From a virus: a stretch of DNA of 64,000 nucleotides. The translations under genes and the position numbers were made by a program. The notes beneath the pieces are model-generated. The model was not told where the DNA came from, ran no database searches, and worked only from the letters and a program-made list of their open reading frames with translations. The DNA is taken from positions 31,395 to 95,394 of IMG/VR virus record IMGVR_UViG_3300032323_000793. One strand, 5' to 3'. Positions 55,852 through 64,000 of the stretch are shown here, piece after piece (the stretch's first letter is position 1; each line of letters begins with the position of its first letter).

Positions 55852-58157
55852 TATTCGCCTTCGTCACTGAATCCGCCATAGACTGTATTGTCAATTGGGC
55901 CTGTTGGTTTTGGTGCTTCTTTAACTTCGTATAACCATTGATTCTGTCTATCAATTTCTGCTCTTCCAGCAAAGTCAACACTTTGATTAATTATTCGGTT
56001 CATATCAAGAGTCTGTGTATAAACACCGCTAGACCATTTATGATCTACCCCAACAACTCTATATAAGCCGCTATAAGGACTGACCCACTGACCTTTAGGA
56101 AAATTAAAGAGGCCGCCTTTGCCAGTAGTTCCTAAATTAGGTTCAATAGGATTTCTAAAACTTACAAATATAAAAATTTCAGATCCTTGCCAGTTCATTG
56201 TACCTTCGGCAGTAATTTGTTCGTTAGGTCCATACTCTCCTAAAAACTTAGAACAAATACCCGAATCTGAAAGATAATATGGGTCTCCTAAGATTTCCAT
56301 TTTTACGTTCATCATGTCTCTGTTTCCGTTTTGGAAAGCATCTTGGAATGCATCAGCAATAACATTCTCAACTGTTTTTTCTCCGGAGTATGTTCCAGTT
56401 TGTATCTTGTAATTAGGTTTTACAGCAGGTGTACCTGTTTCCGATGTGACCGACTCTGGCGCTGCGCCTGACTGGGCCTGTGCAGATAATCTTTTAGTTT
56501 CAGCGGCAGATTGATTGTCATCGTTCTGTATCGAGGAATGTTGTTGAGGTGGTCTAGGTAGTTGCCCTGTATGGAACATTCCGTTGAGTGTAAGATCTAA
56601 TTTTAGAATATCATTATTTTGTCCGGAATACAAATAATCATATCTTTTTGCACATATGGCTTCTCTGCCTTGCGTAGGAGTAGCAGAACTAGGATTTTTT
56701 AAATATTCTGCGCTAACCTTAAACGGTACAACTCTATAGATATATTTTTTTGCTCGTTGATTTCTAATTTTATCGTATTCTAAAAGATCAATTTGTACAT
56801 CAACTCTAAACCAGTTTACAAGACCAGTTTTGGGATCAATAGCGTCTGGTCTAAGATTTTTAGAACAATATTCGCTAGCCAGTACTATCCATTTAATAAC
56901 ATTAGTAATTTGAACTTTTTTACCAAATGTAAAAACTCGACGAGATGGGTCAATGCTCATTTGATCTCGTTGTATTCTTCCAGTAGCAGGATCAACAGTA
57001 TCTGCTGCATCTTTAAAAAGATAGTTTCCGCCAGATGTTGCATCAAAACCCATACTGCTAAAACCGATAGGTCCTTGGCCGTATTCAAGTGTGTCAAAGT
57101 CTGCTTTAACTCCGGCCTTAACAGGTTTTCCAGCATTAATATCTACCATGGCTCTTAATGTATCAGCCGTTGCGCCGCCTTCTAATCCAACTCTGTCTTG
57201 CCAGTCTATAGGAAAAACTATTTCATATAGGTCTGGTTTTCCTACCATATTGCGATCTACTAACTCAAACTGTGAAGTATTGAGAGCGTTCATTAAACTA
57301 TTTTTACCGCTGGCTAACACTTCTAATACATTATTACCCGATATGTTTAATTCAACAGGATATGTATTGGCTCCATCTTGATACCCTGAGTGATGTAAGG
57401 GGACTGCTTTACATTTGTATCTGCTGCCGCCTTCATCCACTTTCATATCCGATTCAGTAATTTTTATTGTAAAATATTTGGCCAGTTGTTCTTTACTAGC
57501 AAATATTCTACCTTGGTCGTCAAATCCTACAAATTCTAATTTTAATAAAAAAGGAACATCGCCGATGTAATGAGGATAACCTGCAGATAATGCTGCTGAC
57601 AATAGGCTTTGATAAAATAATCCCATTGAGTATGGCTCATAGACATCAAATTCAAATTGTGTTACGTTAGTCCAGCCGGCATCTTGACCTGCTAGTCTAG
57701 TAATAAAATTAATATTATCGATAAAAAATTCTGGAGAACCGTTAGATGTTTTTGCCCGCTGTTCGTCATATCTTCCTGCACTAGATATAACAATATTTTT
57801 TAAAGCACCCGGTTTACCTCTGTATGTATTAGGATTATTAAACTGACTAGGTTCAAGGCAACACAAAGTCCATATACTATTATATGAAGCAAATTGTTCT
57901 AATACATTAGGATAAGGCGGGCCTCCTTTAATTTTGTCTAAACCAAAAGTTTTCACAGCAGGAGTTCCTGTTGAATCCTGATTAGAAGTTGAAGCCTTGG
58001 AAGTATTTAAAGTGGCTGAATTAGCAGTAGGAACTCCAGAGACTACCCTTGCTACTCCTGCTGCAATGCCTGGAAGACTAGTCACAGCAGAAACAGGATT
58101 TCCGTCAGGTCTTAGTACTGTACCGATTGTCTGACCAATGTCTCTAAATATTGACAC
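55851..58157 (-). CDS. baseplate hub / tail protein (gp27-position)
   Basis: 768 aa with GTG start. C-terminal MEILGDPYYL...YSGLYRVVGVDHKWSSGVYTQTL is typical of hub/gpD-like proteins. Adjacent to the gp5-like gene. Confidence 0.6.
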   Translation of the reverse strand: MSIFRDIGQTIGTVLRPDGNPVSAVTSLPGIAAGVARVVSGVPTANSATLNTSKASTSNQDSTGTPAVKTFGLDKIKGGPPYPNVLEQFASYNSIWTLCCLEPSQFNNPNTYRGKPGALKNIVISSAGRYDEQRAKTSNGSPEFFIDNINFITRLAGQDAGWTNVTQFEFDVYEPYSMGLFYQSLLSAALSAGYPHYIGDVPFLLKLEFVGFDDQGRIFASKEQLAKYFTIKITESDMKVDEGGSRYKCKAVPLHHSGYQDGANTYPVELNISGNNVLEVLASGKNSLMNALNTSQFELVDRNMVGKPDLYEIVFPIDWQDRVGLEGGATADTLRAMVDINAGKPVKAGVKADFDTLEYGQGPIGFSSMGFDATSGGNYLFKDAADTVDPATGRIQRDQMSIDPSRRVFTFGKKVQITNVIKWIVLASEYCSKNLRPDAIDPKTGLVNWFRVDVQIDLLEYDKIRNQRAKKYIYRVVPFKVSAEYLKNPSSATPTQGREAICAKRYDYLYSGQNNDILKLDLTLNGMFHTGQLPRPPQQHSSIQNDDNQSAAETKRLSAQAQSGAAPESVTSETGTPAVKPNYKIQTGTYSGEKTVENVIADAFQDAFQNGNRDMMNVKMEILGDPYYLSDSGICSKFLGEYGPNEQITAEGTMNWQGSEIFIFVSFRNPIEPNLGTTGKGGLFNFPKGQWVSPYSGLYRVVGVDHKWSSGVYTQTLDMNRIINQSVDFAGRAEIDRQNQWLYEVKEAPKPTGPIDNTVYGGFSDEGE

Positions 58158-58158
58158 T

Positions 58159-58458
58159 TTAGACTCCTAAATACTTTTCTAAATTTGATTTCTTAGGACA
58201 ATAAATTTGTGTACCTGGCTCAAAATCATAGACAGGATCTTTAATTACGCTCATGTTTCTTTGAACAAACACCCACCATAACTGTGAATTACCGTAAAGA
58301 TCAAATGCTAGAAGATCCGGTCTATGCCTATATTGATTTTCAATCGTATATAAAAAATCGTCTGCTTCAGCCGGAACCGGGCGTATGGTTAGCAGTTCTA
58401 AATATAGATTGTTTTCTTTGGTATTCCTATAAGGGGAAGAAGCAGTGTAATTTGCCAT
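58159..58458 (-). CDS. baseplate wedge gp53-like / LysM-like protein
   Basis: YRHRPDLLAFDLYGNSQLWWVF..RN...DP..DF.PG..I..P. Confidence 0.82.
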   Translation of the reverse strand: MANYTASSPYRNTKENNLYLELLTIRPVPAEADDFLYTIENQYRHRPDLLAFDLYGNSQLWWVFVQRNMSVIKDPVYDFEPGTQIYCPKKSNLEKYLGV

Positions 58459-58460
58459 GA

Positions 58461-59585
58461 TTATACGAATCCTGCTCCTGCTACCACATTGCCGTTAGCA
58501 TAATCCTTAAGACTAAACTGTCTTAATCTTGTTCTATTATAGATAGGTGCAACTACTATAGTAATATTACTAGTCGTTGGTACCCAAGTAGGTGCTGGAC
58601 CTTTATTATATTTCATGTAACTAACATCTTCTTTTAAATCTACACTAAAAGATTTGATAATAATTGGGATTCCAGTAAAGACTCTGGCTCCGTATCCGCT
58701 GAGTTGACATATCACTGGAGGATTACCTACATTCTCCCCTGTGCCATAAAACATTCTAGTGGCTGTTTTAAAAAATGTTGTGGCTTGAATCCAGTATTCA
58801 GCATCTAATTCTGTTTCAACAGAAAACTCACCGCTAATTTGAATATCATCTACTTGACTGTTTTTATAAACATAAAAAGGATGAATGTTGTGTACTGGAT
58901 CAATTTGTGAATAATTTGCTTTTGTTGAAACTGTAATGTTAGGCAAATAAGGAAAAACAAATCCGCCTGTTTCAGACAATCTACTAAAAGCATTTCCAAA
59001 CAAACCAAAATTACAATTTACTTTTACACGCCAATCGTTTTGTGATCCCGGTTTCAATTCAACGAAAGATCCCTGAGCACTAAATAATTCTGCCCCACTT
59101 GGTAAATTTTTTCCTCTGGCCATACTCAATAAATTGTTCAACATCCCTGCCGCAGACGATACTTGTCCTGCTAGTTTAGCAAGTCCGCCACCTAAGCCGC
59201 CACCCGCAAGTCCTAGTTTGTCTAGGCTAGCACCAATATTAGATGCAACATTACTAATAGAACCAACAGACCCAGCAGCACCGCTAATGGCGCTTTGTGC
59301 ATTAGAAGCAAGACTTTGTATAGGGTTTCCAATACCACCCATTGCTCCAGTGACACCTCCTAACGCATTTTTTGCGTCAGATGCAAATGTTGAAGCAGAT
59401 GCTGTGAATCCATTAAGACCGGATCCTATACCGCCCGACAGTTTAGAAACTGTATCGTTGACATTAGATTTAAGAGAGGCAAATTGTGTTCCGTTCATGG
59501 CGCCGCTGGCAGAATCTGCGGCTGCAGAAACCTGCTGAGAAACAGAAGAAACTAATTTAGCCAAAGGGTTTATAGATAGTGGCAT
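58461..59585 (-). CDS. baseplate/tail-tube initiator-like protein (gp48/gp54-like) with A/G/S-rich N-terminus
   Basis: C-terminal GFVFPYLPNI...GNPPVICQLSGYG..VF..IPIIIKSFSVDL resembles tube-fold proteins. First gene of the baseplate operon. Confidence 0.55.
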   Translation of the reverse strand: MPLSINPLAKLVSSVSQQVSAAADSASGAMNGTQFASLKSNVNDTVSKLSGGIGSGLNGFTASASTFASDAKNALGGVTGAMGGIGNPIQSLASNAQSAISGAAGSVGSISNVASNIGASLDKLGLAGGGLGGGLAKLAGQVSSAAGMLNNLLSMARGKNLPSGAELFSAQGSFVELKPGSQNDWRVKVNCNFGLFGNAFSRLSETGGFVFPYLPNITVSTKANYSQIDPVHNIHPFYVYKNSQVDDIQISGEFSVETELDAEYWIQATTFFKTATRMFYGTGENVGNPPVICQLSGYGARVFTGIPIIIKSFSVDLKEDVSYMKYNKGPAPTWVPTTSNITIVVAPIYNRTRLRQFSLKDYANGNVVAGAGFV

Positions 59586-59612
59586 TTTGGTGAAAAAACT
59601 CCGTTATAACAC

Positions 59613-59620
59613 TATTTATT
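59613..59620 (-). promoter_or_regulatory. late promoter (AATAAATA) of the baseplate operon
   Basis: Divergent intergenic region; followed by GTGTTATAAC-GGAG and the ATG at 59585. Confidence 0.6.
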
Positions 59621-59666
59621 ATATGAAAAATATGCTAATATTATTACCTACTAGGAGTATTCGGGA

Positions 59667-60533
59667 TTGATAACAACACAACCACCTAAGATAAAATATC
59701 TTACAAACAAGGATTTATTAAAAGAAATACATTTAAGCAAAAATACGTATTGCAGTTTTACTAGCCCAGAATATCATGAATATGACATGATCGTTCCTAA
59801 TTTAGAAAAAATTAATATACGAACTATTGCTGATGCAAAACGAACTAGGGCCACAAGACAGGCCAAACAAAATTACGAAGCGGCGCAATCTAAAGGAGGT
59901 AAAAAACTATCTCTAAAAGACTTCGAAATAGATTACAAGAAAATATCTAAACAGGACGTAGTTTTCCGTGTTATGACTTTTGAACATATTCCACTTGCTC
60001 CTGGACGTAAAAAGACTTTGAAGAATACTGCCGATAGTCACGAAAAAGTAAACTTTCCTCCATTCCAGCATTGGAAGTTTGACGAAAATAACAATTTAAT
60101 TTTAGTTGGAAAGAGTCACTGGAAGGGCGGATTAACTAACGGGTCGTTTAATAAAGAGCACGGAAAAATGACCGACAATTTAGCACGGATGTTTTTAAAA
60201 CTCTGTGAAAGATATGCAACTAGAGGCAACGTTCGAGGTTATACTTACAACGATGAAATGCGTGGGCAGGCAATTTTACAGTTAACGCAGATTGGTCTAC
60301 AGTTCGATGAAAGCAAATCTGATAATCCGTTTGCTTATTATACTGCTGCTGTTACAAATTCATTTGTACGAATTATTAACATTGAAAAACGTAATCAAAA
60401 TATCCGTGACGACATCTTAGAAATGAATGGCATGAATCCAAGTTGGACTAGACAGAATGCCAGCGGAGGAAGTTTTGGTCCTACCGGCGGTAGTGGATCG
60501 TCAGAAGGCGGTGGCGGTGGAGATTGGGATTGA
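59667..60533 (+). CDS. late-transcription sigma factor (T4 gp55-like)
   Basis: YLTNKDLLKEI, YTYNDEM, FDESKSDNPFAYYT...SFVRII..EK. Immediately upstream of gp47/gp46, as in T4-like phages. TTG start after AGGAG. Confidence 0.82.
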   Translation: MITTQPPKIKYLTNKDLLKEIHLSKNTYCSFTSPEYHEYDMIVPNLEKINIRTIADAKRTRATRQAKQNYEAAQSKGGKKLSLKDFEIDYKKISKQDVVFRVMTFEHIPLAPGRKKTLKNTADSHEKVNFPPFQHWKFDENNNLILVGKSHWKGGLTNGSFNKEHGKMTDNLARMFLKLCERYATRGNVRGYTYNDEMRGQAILQLTQIGLQFDESKSDNPFAYYTAAVTNSFVRIINIEKRNQNIRDDILEMNGMNPSWTRQNASGGSFGPTGGSGSSEGGGGGDWD

Positions 60534-60558
60534 TTTAAGTTATCACAGATTGTATAAT
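60530..60558 (+). promoter_or_regulatory. sigma70-like promoter for gp47/gp46
   Basis: TTGATT (60530-60535), 17-nt spacer, TATAAT (60553-60558). ATG at 60567. Confidence 0.55.
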
Positions 60559-60566
60559 AGGAAACT

Positions 60567-61577
60567 ATGAATCTATTTAAAAAAGTTGCATGTTTTACAG
60601 ACATACATTTTGGTTTAAAATCTGGCAGCAGATCTCACAACATTGATTGCGAGGAATTTGTAACTTGGTTTTGTGAAACCGCGCGAGCAGAAGGTTGCGA
60701 GACAGCAATATTCTTAGGTGATTGGCATCATAATAGATCAACCACCGATGTTAGTACTATGAATTACACACTTTCAAATCTAGAAAGATTGAGTGCTAAC
60801 TTTGAACGTGTATATTTTATCTTAGGCAACCACGATCTGTTCTACAAAGACAAGCGTGAAATTAATTCTGTTGAATTTATGCGCCTGTTTCCTAACGTAG
60901 TTCCTATCAAAGAACCTTTTACAGATGGAGATGTAACTATTCTTCCTTGGCTAATCGGCGACGAATGGAAAGAAGTTCCTAAAATTAAAAGTCGATATGT
61001 ATTCGGACATTTTGAACTGCCGTTGTTTTACATGAATGCTATGGTACAAATGCCGGATCATGGGCAGTTACAAAGCGGGCATTTTCAAAATCAAGAATAT
61101 GTGTTTAGCGGGCATTTTCATAAACGTCAAAGCAAAGGAAATATTACATATATTGGTAATGCTTTTCCTCATAACTATGCAGATGCAGGCGACGATGATC
61201 GAGGAATGATGATCCTTGAGTGGGGTGCTAAGCCTGAATATAAATCGTGGCCAGGACAACCAGTCTATAGAACTTATAAACTAAGTCAAATCATAGACAC
61301 GCCAGACAAATTACTGCGTGAAAAAATGCATTGTCGTGTAACTATTGACTTGCCTATTACATTTGAAGAAGCAAACTTTATCAAAGAGCAGTTTATTCCG
61401 CAGTATAATCTACGTGAATTGATGTTGATTCCAGAAAAAGTTGAAGTTGAAGGTACTTCTGTACCTATCGATATCAACTTTGAATCAGTTGATACCATTG
61501 TTATGAACCAATTAAACGCTATAGACAGTGAGGCATATGACAAAGCCCTATTGTTGGAGATTTATAAAGAACTATGA
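60567..61577 (+). CDS. recombination nuclease subunit (T4 gp47 / Mre11 / SbcD-like)
   Basis: Metallophosphoesterase motifs DIHFG, GDWHH, GNHD, GHFE and SGHFH. Confidence 0.92.
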   Translation: MNLFKKVACFTDIHFGLKSGSRSHNIDCEEFVTWFCETARAEGCETAIFLGDWHHNRSTTDVSTMNYTLSNLERLSANFERVYFILGNHDLFYKDKREINSVEFMRLFPNVVPIKEPFTDGDVTILPWLIGDEWKEVPKIKSRYVFGHFELPLFYMNAMVQMPDHGQLQSGHFQNQEYVFSGHFHKRQSKGNITYIGNAFPHNYADAGDDDRGMMILEWGAKPEYKSWPGQPVYRTYKLSQIIDTPDKLLREKMHCRVTIDLPITFEEANFIKEQFIPQYNLRELMLIPEKVEVEGTSVPIDINFESVDTIVMNQLNAIDSEAYDKALLLEIYKEL

Positions 61578-63352
61578 TTAAGATTAAAAATCTAACAGTT
61601 AAAAACTTTATGAGCGTGGGTAATCAAACCCAGGCTATTGACTTTGACCGTGGTCAATTAACTCTAGTCTTAGGTGAAAATCTAGATCTAGGTGGTGATG
61701 ATTCTGGGGCTCGCAACGGTACGGGCAAAACAACTATCATTAACGGCCTAAGTTATGCAATCTATGGCCAAGCCTTAACTAATATCAAACGTGATAATCT
61801 TATTAACAAGATTAATTCTAAAGGAATGTTAGTTACTGTAACTTTTGAAAAAGACGGTATTGAATATCATATCGAACGTGGCCGTAAGCCTAATCTTCTT
61901 AAGTTTAGCATTAACGGCGAAGAACAAGAATTACAGGACCTAGATGAAAGTCAAGGCGATAGTAGAGAAACACAAAAAGCCATTGAAGAAATGTTCGGAA
62001 TGACTCACGAGATGTTCAAACATCTCGTGGCTTTGAATACCTACACCGAGCCGTTCCTATCAATGAAGGCTGCAGATCAACGTGCTATTATCGAACAACT
62101 GCTAGGAATCACTATTCTATCAGAAAAAGCAGAAGCATTAAAAGAATCAATTCGTATTTCTAAAGATGCGATTGCTTCAGAAAACACAAGAATAGAAACT
62201 GTTAAAGCATCTAATGATCGCATACAGCAAAGTATTGATTCTTTAGAAAGAAAACAAAAACTTTGGGAAGATCAAAAAGAAAAAACTGTTGAGGATCTAT
62301 TAAAAAGCATAGATCGTTTAGAAACCATAGACATTGATCTAGAAATTTCTGCGCAAAGACGGCTGACAGAGTGGACTGAGCATAAAAAAGAAAGAGACAC
62401 TCTGGTTACATTGATTGCTAAACAAACTGCTAGTGTAGAAAAAGAGCAAAAAATATTAGAAAAACTTTCAAAAGAATTAAAAACTTTGGAAGATCATAAA
62501 TGTCACAGTTGTGGTCAAGACATTCATGATGTTAAACATACAGAAATGTTAAAAGGCAAGCAGAAACAGATATCAGAATCTGAATCTGCCATTGTTGAAT
62601 TTGCCAAAGAACTGCAAGATCTATCTGAAGCACTGAGTCTGATAGGAGATCTAGGCGATTGTCCCAAAGTACACTATGACAATCTAGAACAGGCATTAAA
62701 TCATAAAAACACTTTGAGTTCGTTGGCTAAAGATCTGTCTGTAAAACAAGCAGAAACCAATCCTTACGCTGAACAAATTGAAGAACTAAAGAACACAGCC
62801 GTACAGGAAGTCGACTGGAATCATATTAATGACTTAACAAAAGTTAAAGATCACCAAGAATTCCTATATAAACTTTTAACTAACAAAGATAGTTTTGTTC
62901 GTAAAAAGATTATAGATCAAAACTTAGCATTCTTAAATCAACGGTTAACTTATTATCTAGACAAAATTGGACTTCCGCATATTGTAGAGTTCCAAAACGA
63001 TTTGAGTGTTATTATTACACAGTTAGGTCAAGATTTAGATTTTGACAATTTAAGTCGAGGCGAACGTAATAGACTGATACTTTCAATGTCATGGGCATTC
63101 CGTGATGTATGGGAAAACTTGTATCACAGCATTAATCTATTGTTTATTGATGAATTAGTTGACTCTGGTATGGATGCAAGCGGAGTTGAGAGTTCAATTG
63201 CTGTGCTAAAGAAGATGACCCGCGAGCGTGATAAGAATGTATTCTTAATTTCGCATAGAGATGATCTAACTAGCCGTGTAAATCATGTGTTAAAAGTTAT
63301 TAAAGAAAACGGTTTTACTAGTTATTCTACTGATGTTGAAATTATAGAATGA
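61574..63352 (+). CDS. recombination ATPase subunit (T4 gp46 / Rad50 / SbcC-like)
   Basis: Walker A NGTGKTT, coiled coils with a CHSC zinc hook, signature LSRGE, Walker B LLFIDE and ISH. Confidence 0.93.
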   Translation: MIKIKNLTVKNFMSVGNQTQAIDFDRGQLTLVLGENLDLGGDDSGARNGTGKTTIINGLSYAIYGQALTNIKRDNLINKINSKGMLVTVTFEKDGIEYHIERGRKPNLLKFSINGEEQELQDLDESQGDSRETQKAIEEMFGMTHEMFKHLVALNTYTEPFLSMKAADQRAIIEQLLGITILSEKAEALKESIRISKDAIASENTRIETVKASNDRIQQSIDSLERKQKLWEDQKEKTVEDLLKSIDRLETIDIDLEISAQRRLTEWTEHKKERDTLVTLIAKQTASVEKEQKILEKLSKELKTLEDHKCHSCGQDIHDVKHTEMLKGKQKQISESESAIVEFAKELQDLSEALSLIGDLGDCPKVHYDNLEQALNHKNTLSSLAKDLSVKQAETNPYAEQIEELKNTAVQEVDWNHINDLTKVKDHQEFLYKLLTNKDSFVRKKIIDQNLAFLNQRLTYYLDKIGLPHIVEFQNDLSVIITQLGQDLDFDNLSRGERNRLILSMSWAFRDVWENLYHSINLLFIDELVDSGMDASGVESSIAVLKKMTRERDKNVFLISHRDDLTSRVNHVLKVIKENGFTSYSTDVEIIE

Positions 63353-63579
63353 GTACAGACAGTCATGATAGGATGATCAAAGCGTTTCAAGAATATTTTA
63401 AATGGCAGGAACGCTTTGAATACAAAGGCTCAGACGAAGCAGGCATTAAGGCACGATATTGGCTATCAGAAATACGCAACGAGGCATCAACTAGGCGAGT
63501 AGAAATACAAGAAAAACGAGAACAACGTAAGGCAGCCAGAAAAGGTATGTTAGGCAGACCCCCCAAGGTAACTAAATGA
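63349..63579 (+). CDS. hypothetical protein
   Basis: 76-aa ORF with ATGA overlap; helical and basic. Confidence 0.7.
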   Translation: MSTDSHDRMIKAFQEYFKWQERFEYKGSDEAGIKARYWLSEIRNEASTRRVEIQEKREQRKAARKGMLGRPPKVTK

Positions 63580-64000
63580 GTGCAATGGACGTATCAAAAT
63601 CACACTGTAGAAGAAATACCAGAAGGCTATATTGGCTTCGTTTATCTCATTACCAATCTCAAGACCGGACAGAAGTACATAGGCAAGAAATTAGCACAAT
63701 TCAAACGTACTAAACCCCCACTCAAAGGCAAAAAACTTAAAAGAAGAAGCACAGTAGAAAGCGATTGGCGCGACTACTTCGGTTCTTCCGATAGGCTCAA
63801 CGCAGACGTCCAAGCATTAGGTCCGGAAAACTTCACTAGAGAAATACTTTATCTTTGCAAATCCAAGGCAGAAATGTCATATTTAGAGGCAAGAGAGCAG
63901 TTTGAACGCCGAGTTTTAGAAACAGATGACTATTATAATGGCATTATAAACGTCAGAGTAGGCGGATCAAACATACTTAGACAGCGTCTAGAAGAACATA
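63580..64000 (+). CDS. GIY-YIG family endonuclease, 3'-truncated by window edge (not in ORF track)
   Basis: GTG at 63580 opens MQWTYQNH...GFVYLITNLKTGQKYIGKK...WRDYFGSS...FTREIL...YLEAREQF...YYNGII, with no stop before 64000. Confidence 0.78.
   Translation, partial: MQWTYQNHTVEEIPEGYIGFVYLITNLKTGQKYIGKKLAQFKRTKPPLKGKKLKRRSTVESDWRDYFGSSDRLNADVQALGPENFTREILYLCKSKAEMSYLEAREQFERRVLETDDYYNGIINVRVGGSNILRQRLEEH

Noticed and set aside
28600-59538. + strand ORFs within the structural module (e.g. 28600-28929, 30951-31313, 35297-35665, 44027-44581, 59134-59538)
   Set aside because: Antisense shadows of Gly/Ala/Thr/Ser-rich virion genes, whose codon bias leaves few stops on the opposite strand.

Overview
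This 64-kb window is an AT-rich, densely coding segment of a large T4-like (myovirus-type) bacteriophage genome that uses the standard genetic code. I see no tRNA, rRNA, CRISPR array or transposase. It has three blocks. (1) + strand, 1-15987: the 3' end of a gp45-like sliding clamp, then a 7-deazaguanine DNA-modification locus (DpdA-family transglycosylase, a T-fold protein with the DpdL-type LxxxHRHxF motif, FolE, QueE). This locus is interleaved with a GT-B glycosyltransferase, cupin, purine phosphoribosyltransferase, HIT hydrolase, two SGNH-like proteins and a CDGSH-like protein, and is followed by an RNase H/5' nuclease and hypotheticals. (2) - strand, 59585-15971: a baseplate/tail module (gp48/54-, gp53-, hub-, gp5-, gp25- and gp6-like genes, a 4569-aa virion protein and five fibre-like genes). 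It runs directly into a 10-gene, tightly overlapping operon of four glycosyltransferase-like genes and four radical-SAM genes (five rSAM domains). That operon has its own TATAAATA late promoter, which sits in the loop of an RBS-sequestering hairpin. (3) + strand, 59667-64000: gp55-like late sigma factor, gp47/gp46 (Mre11/Rad50-like) and a GIY-YIG nuclease cut by the window edge. The two best candidates for undescribed biology are the late glycosyltransferase/radical-SAM operon (a possible virion-decoration system) and the deazaguanine locus with an embedded glycosyltransferase and no QueC in the window. All protein calls come from motif recognition by eye; no database searches were run.
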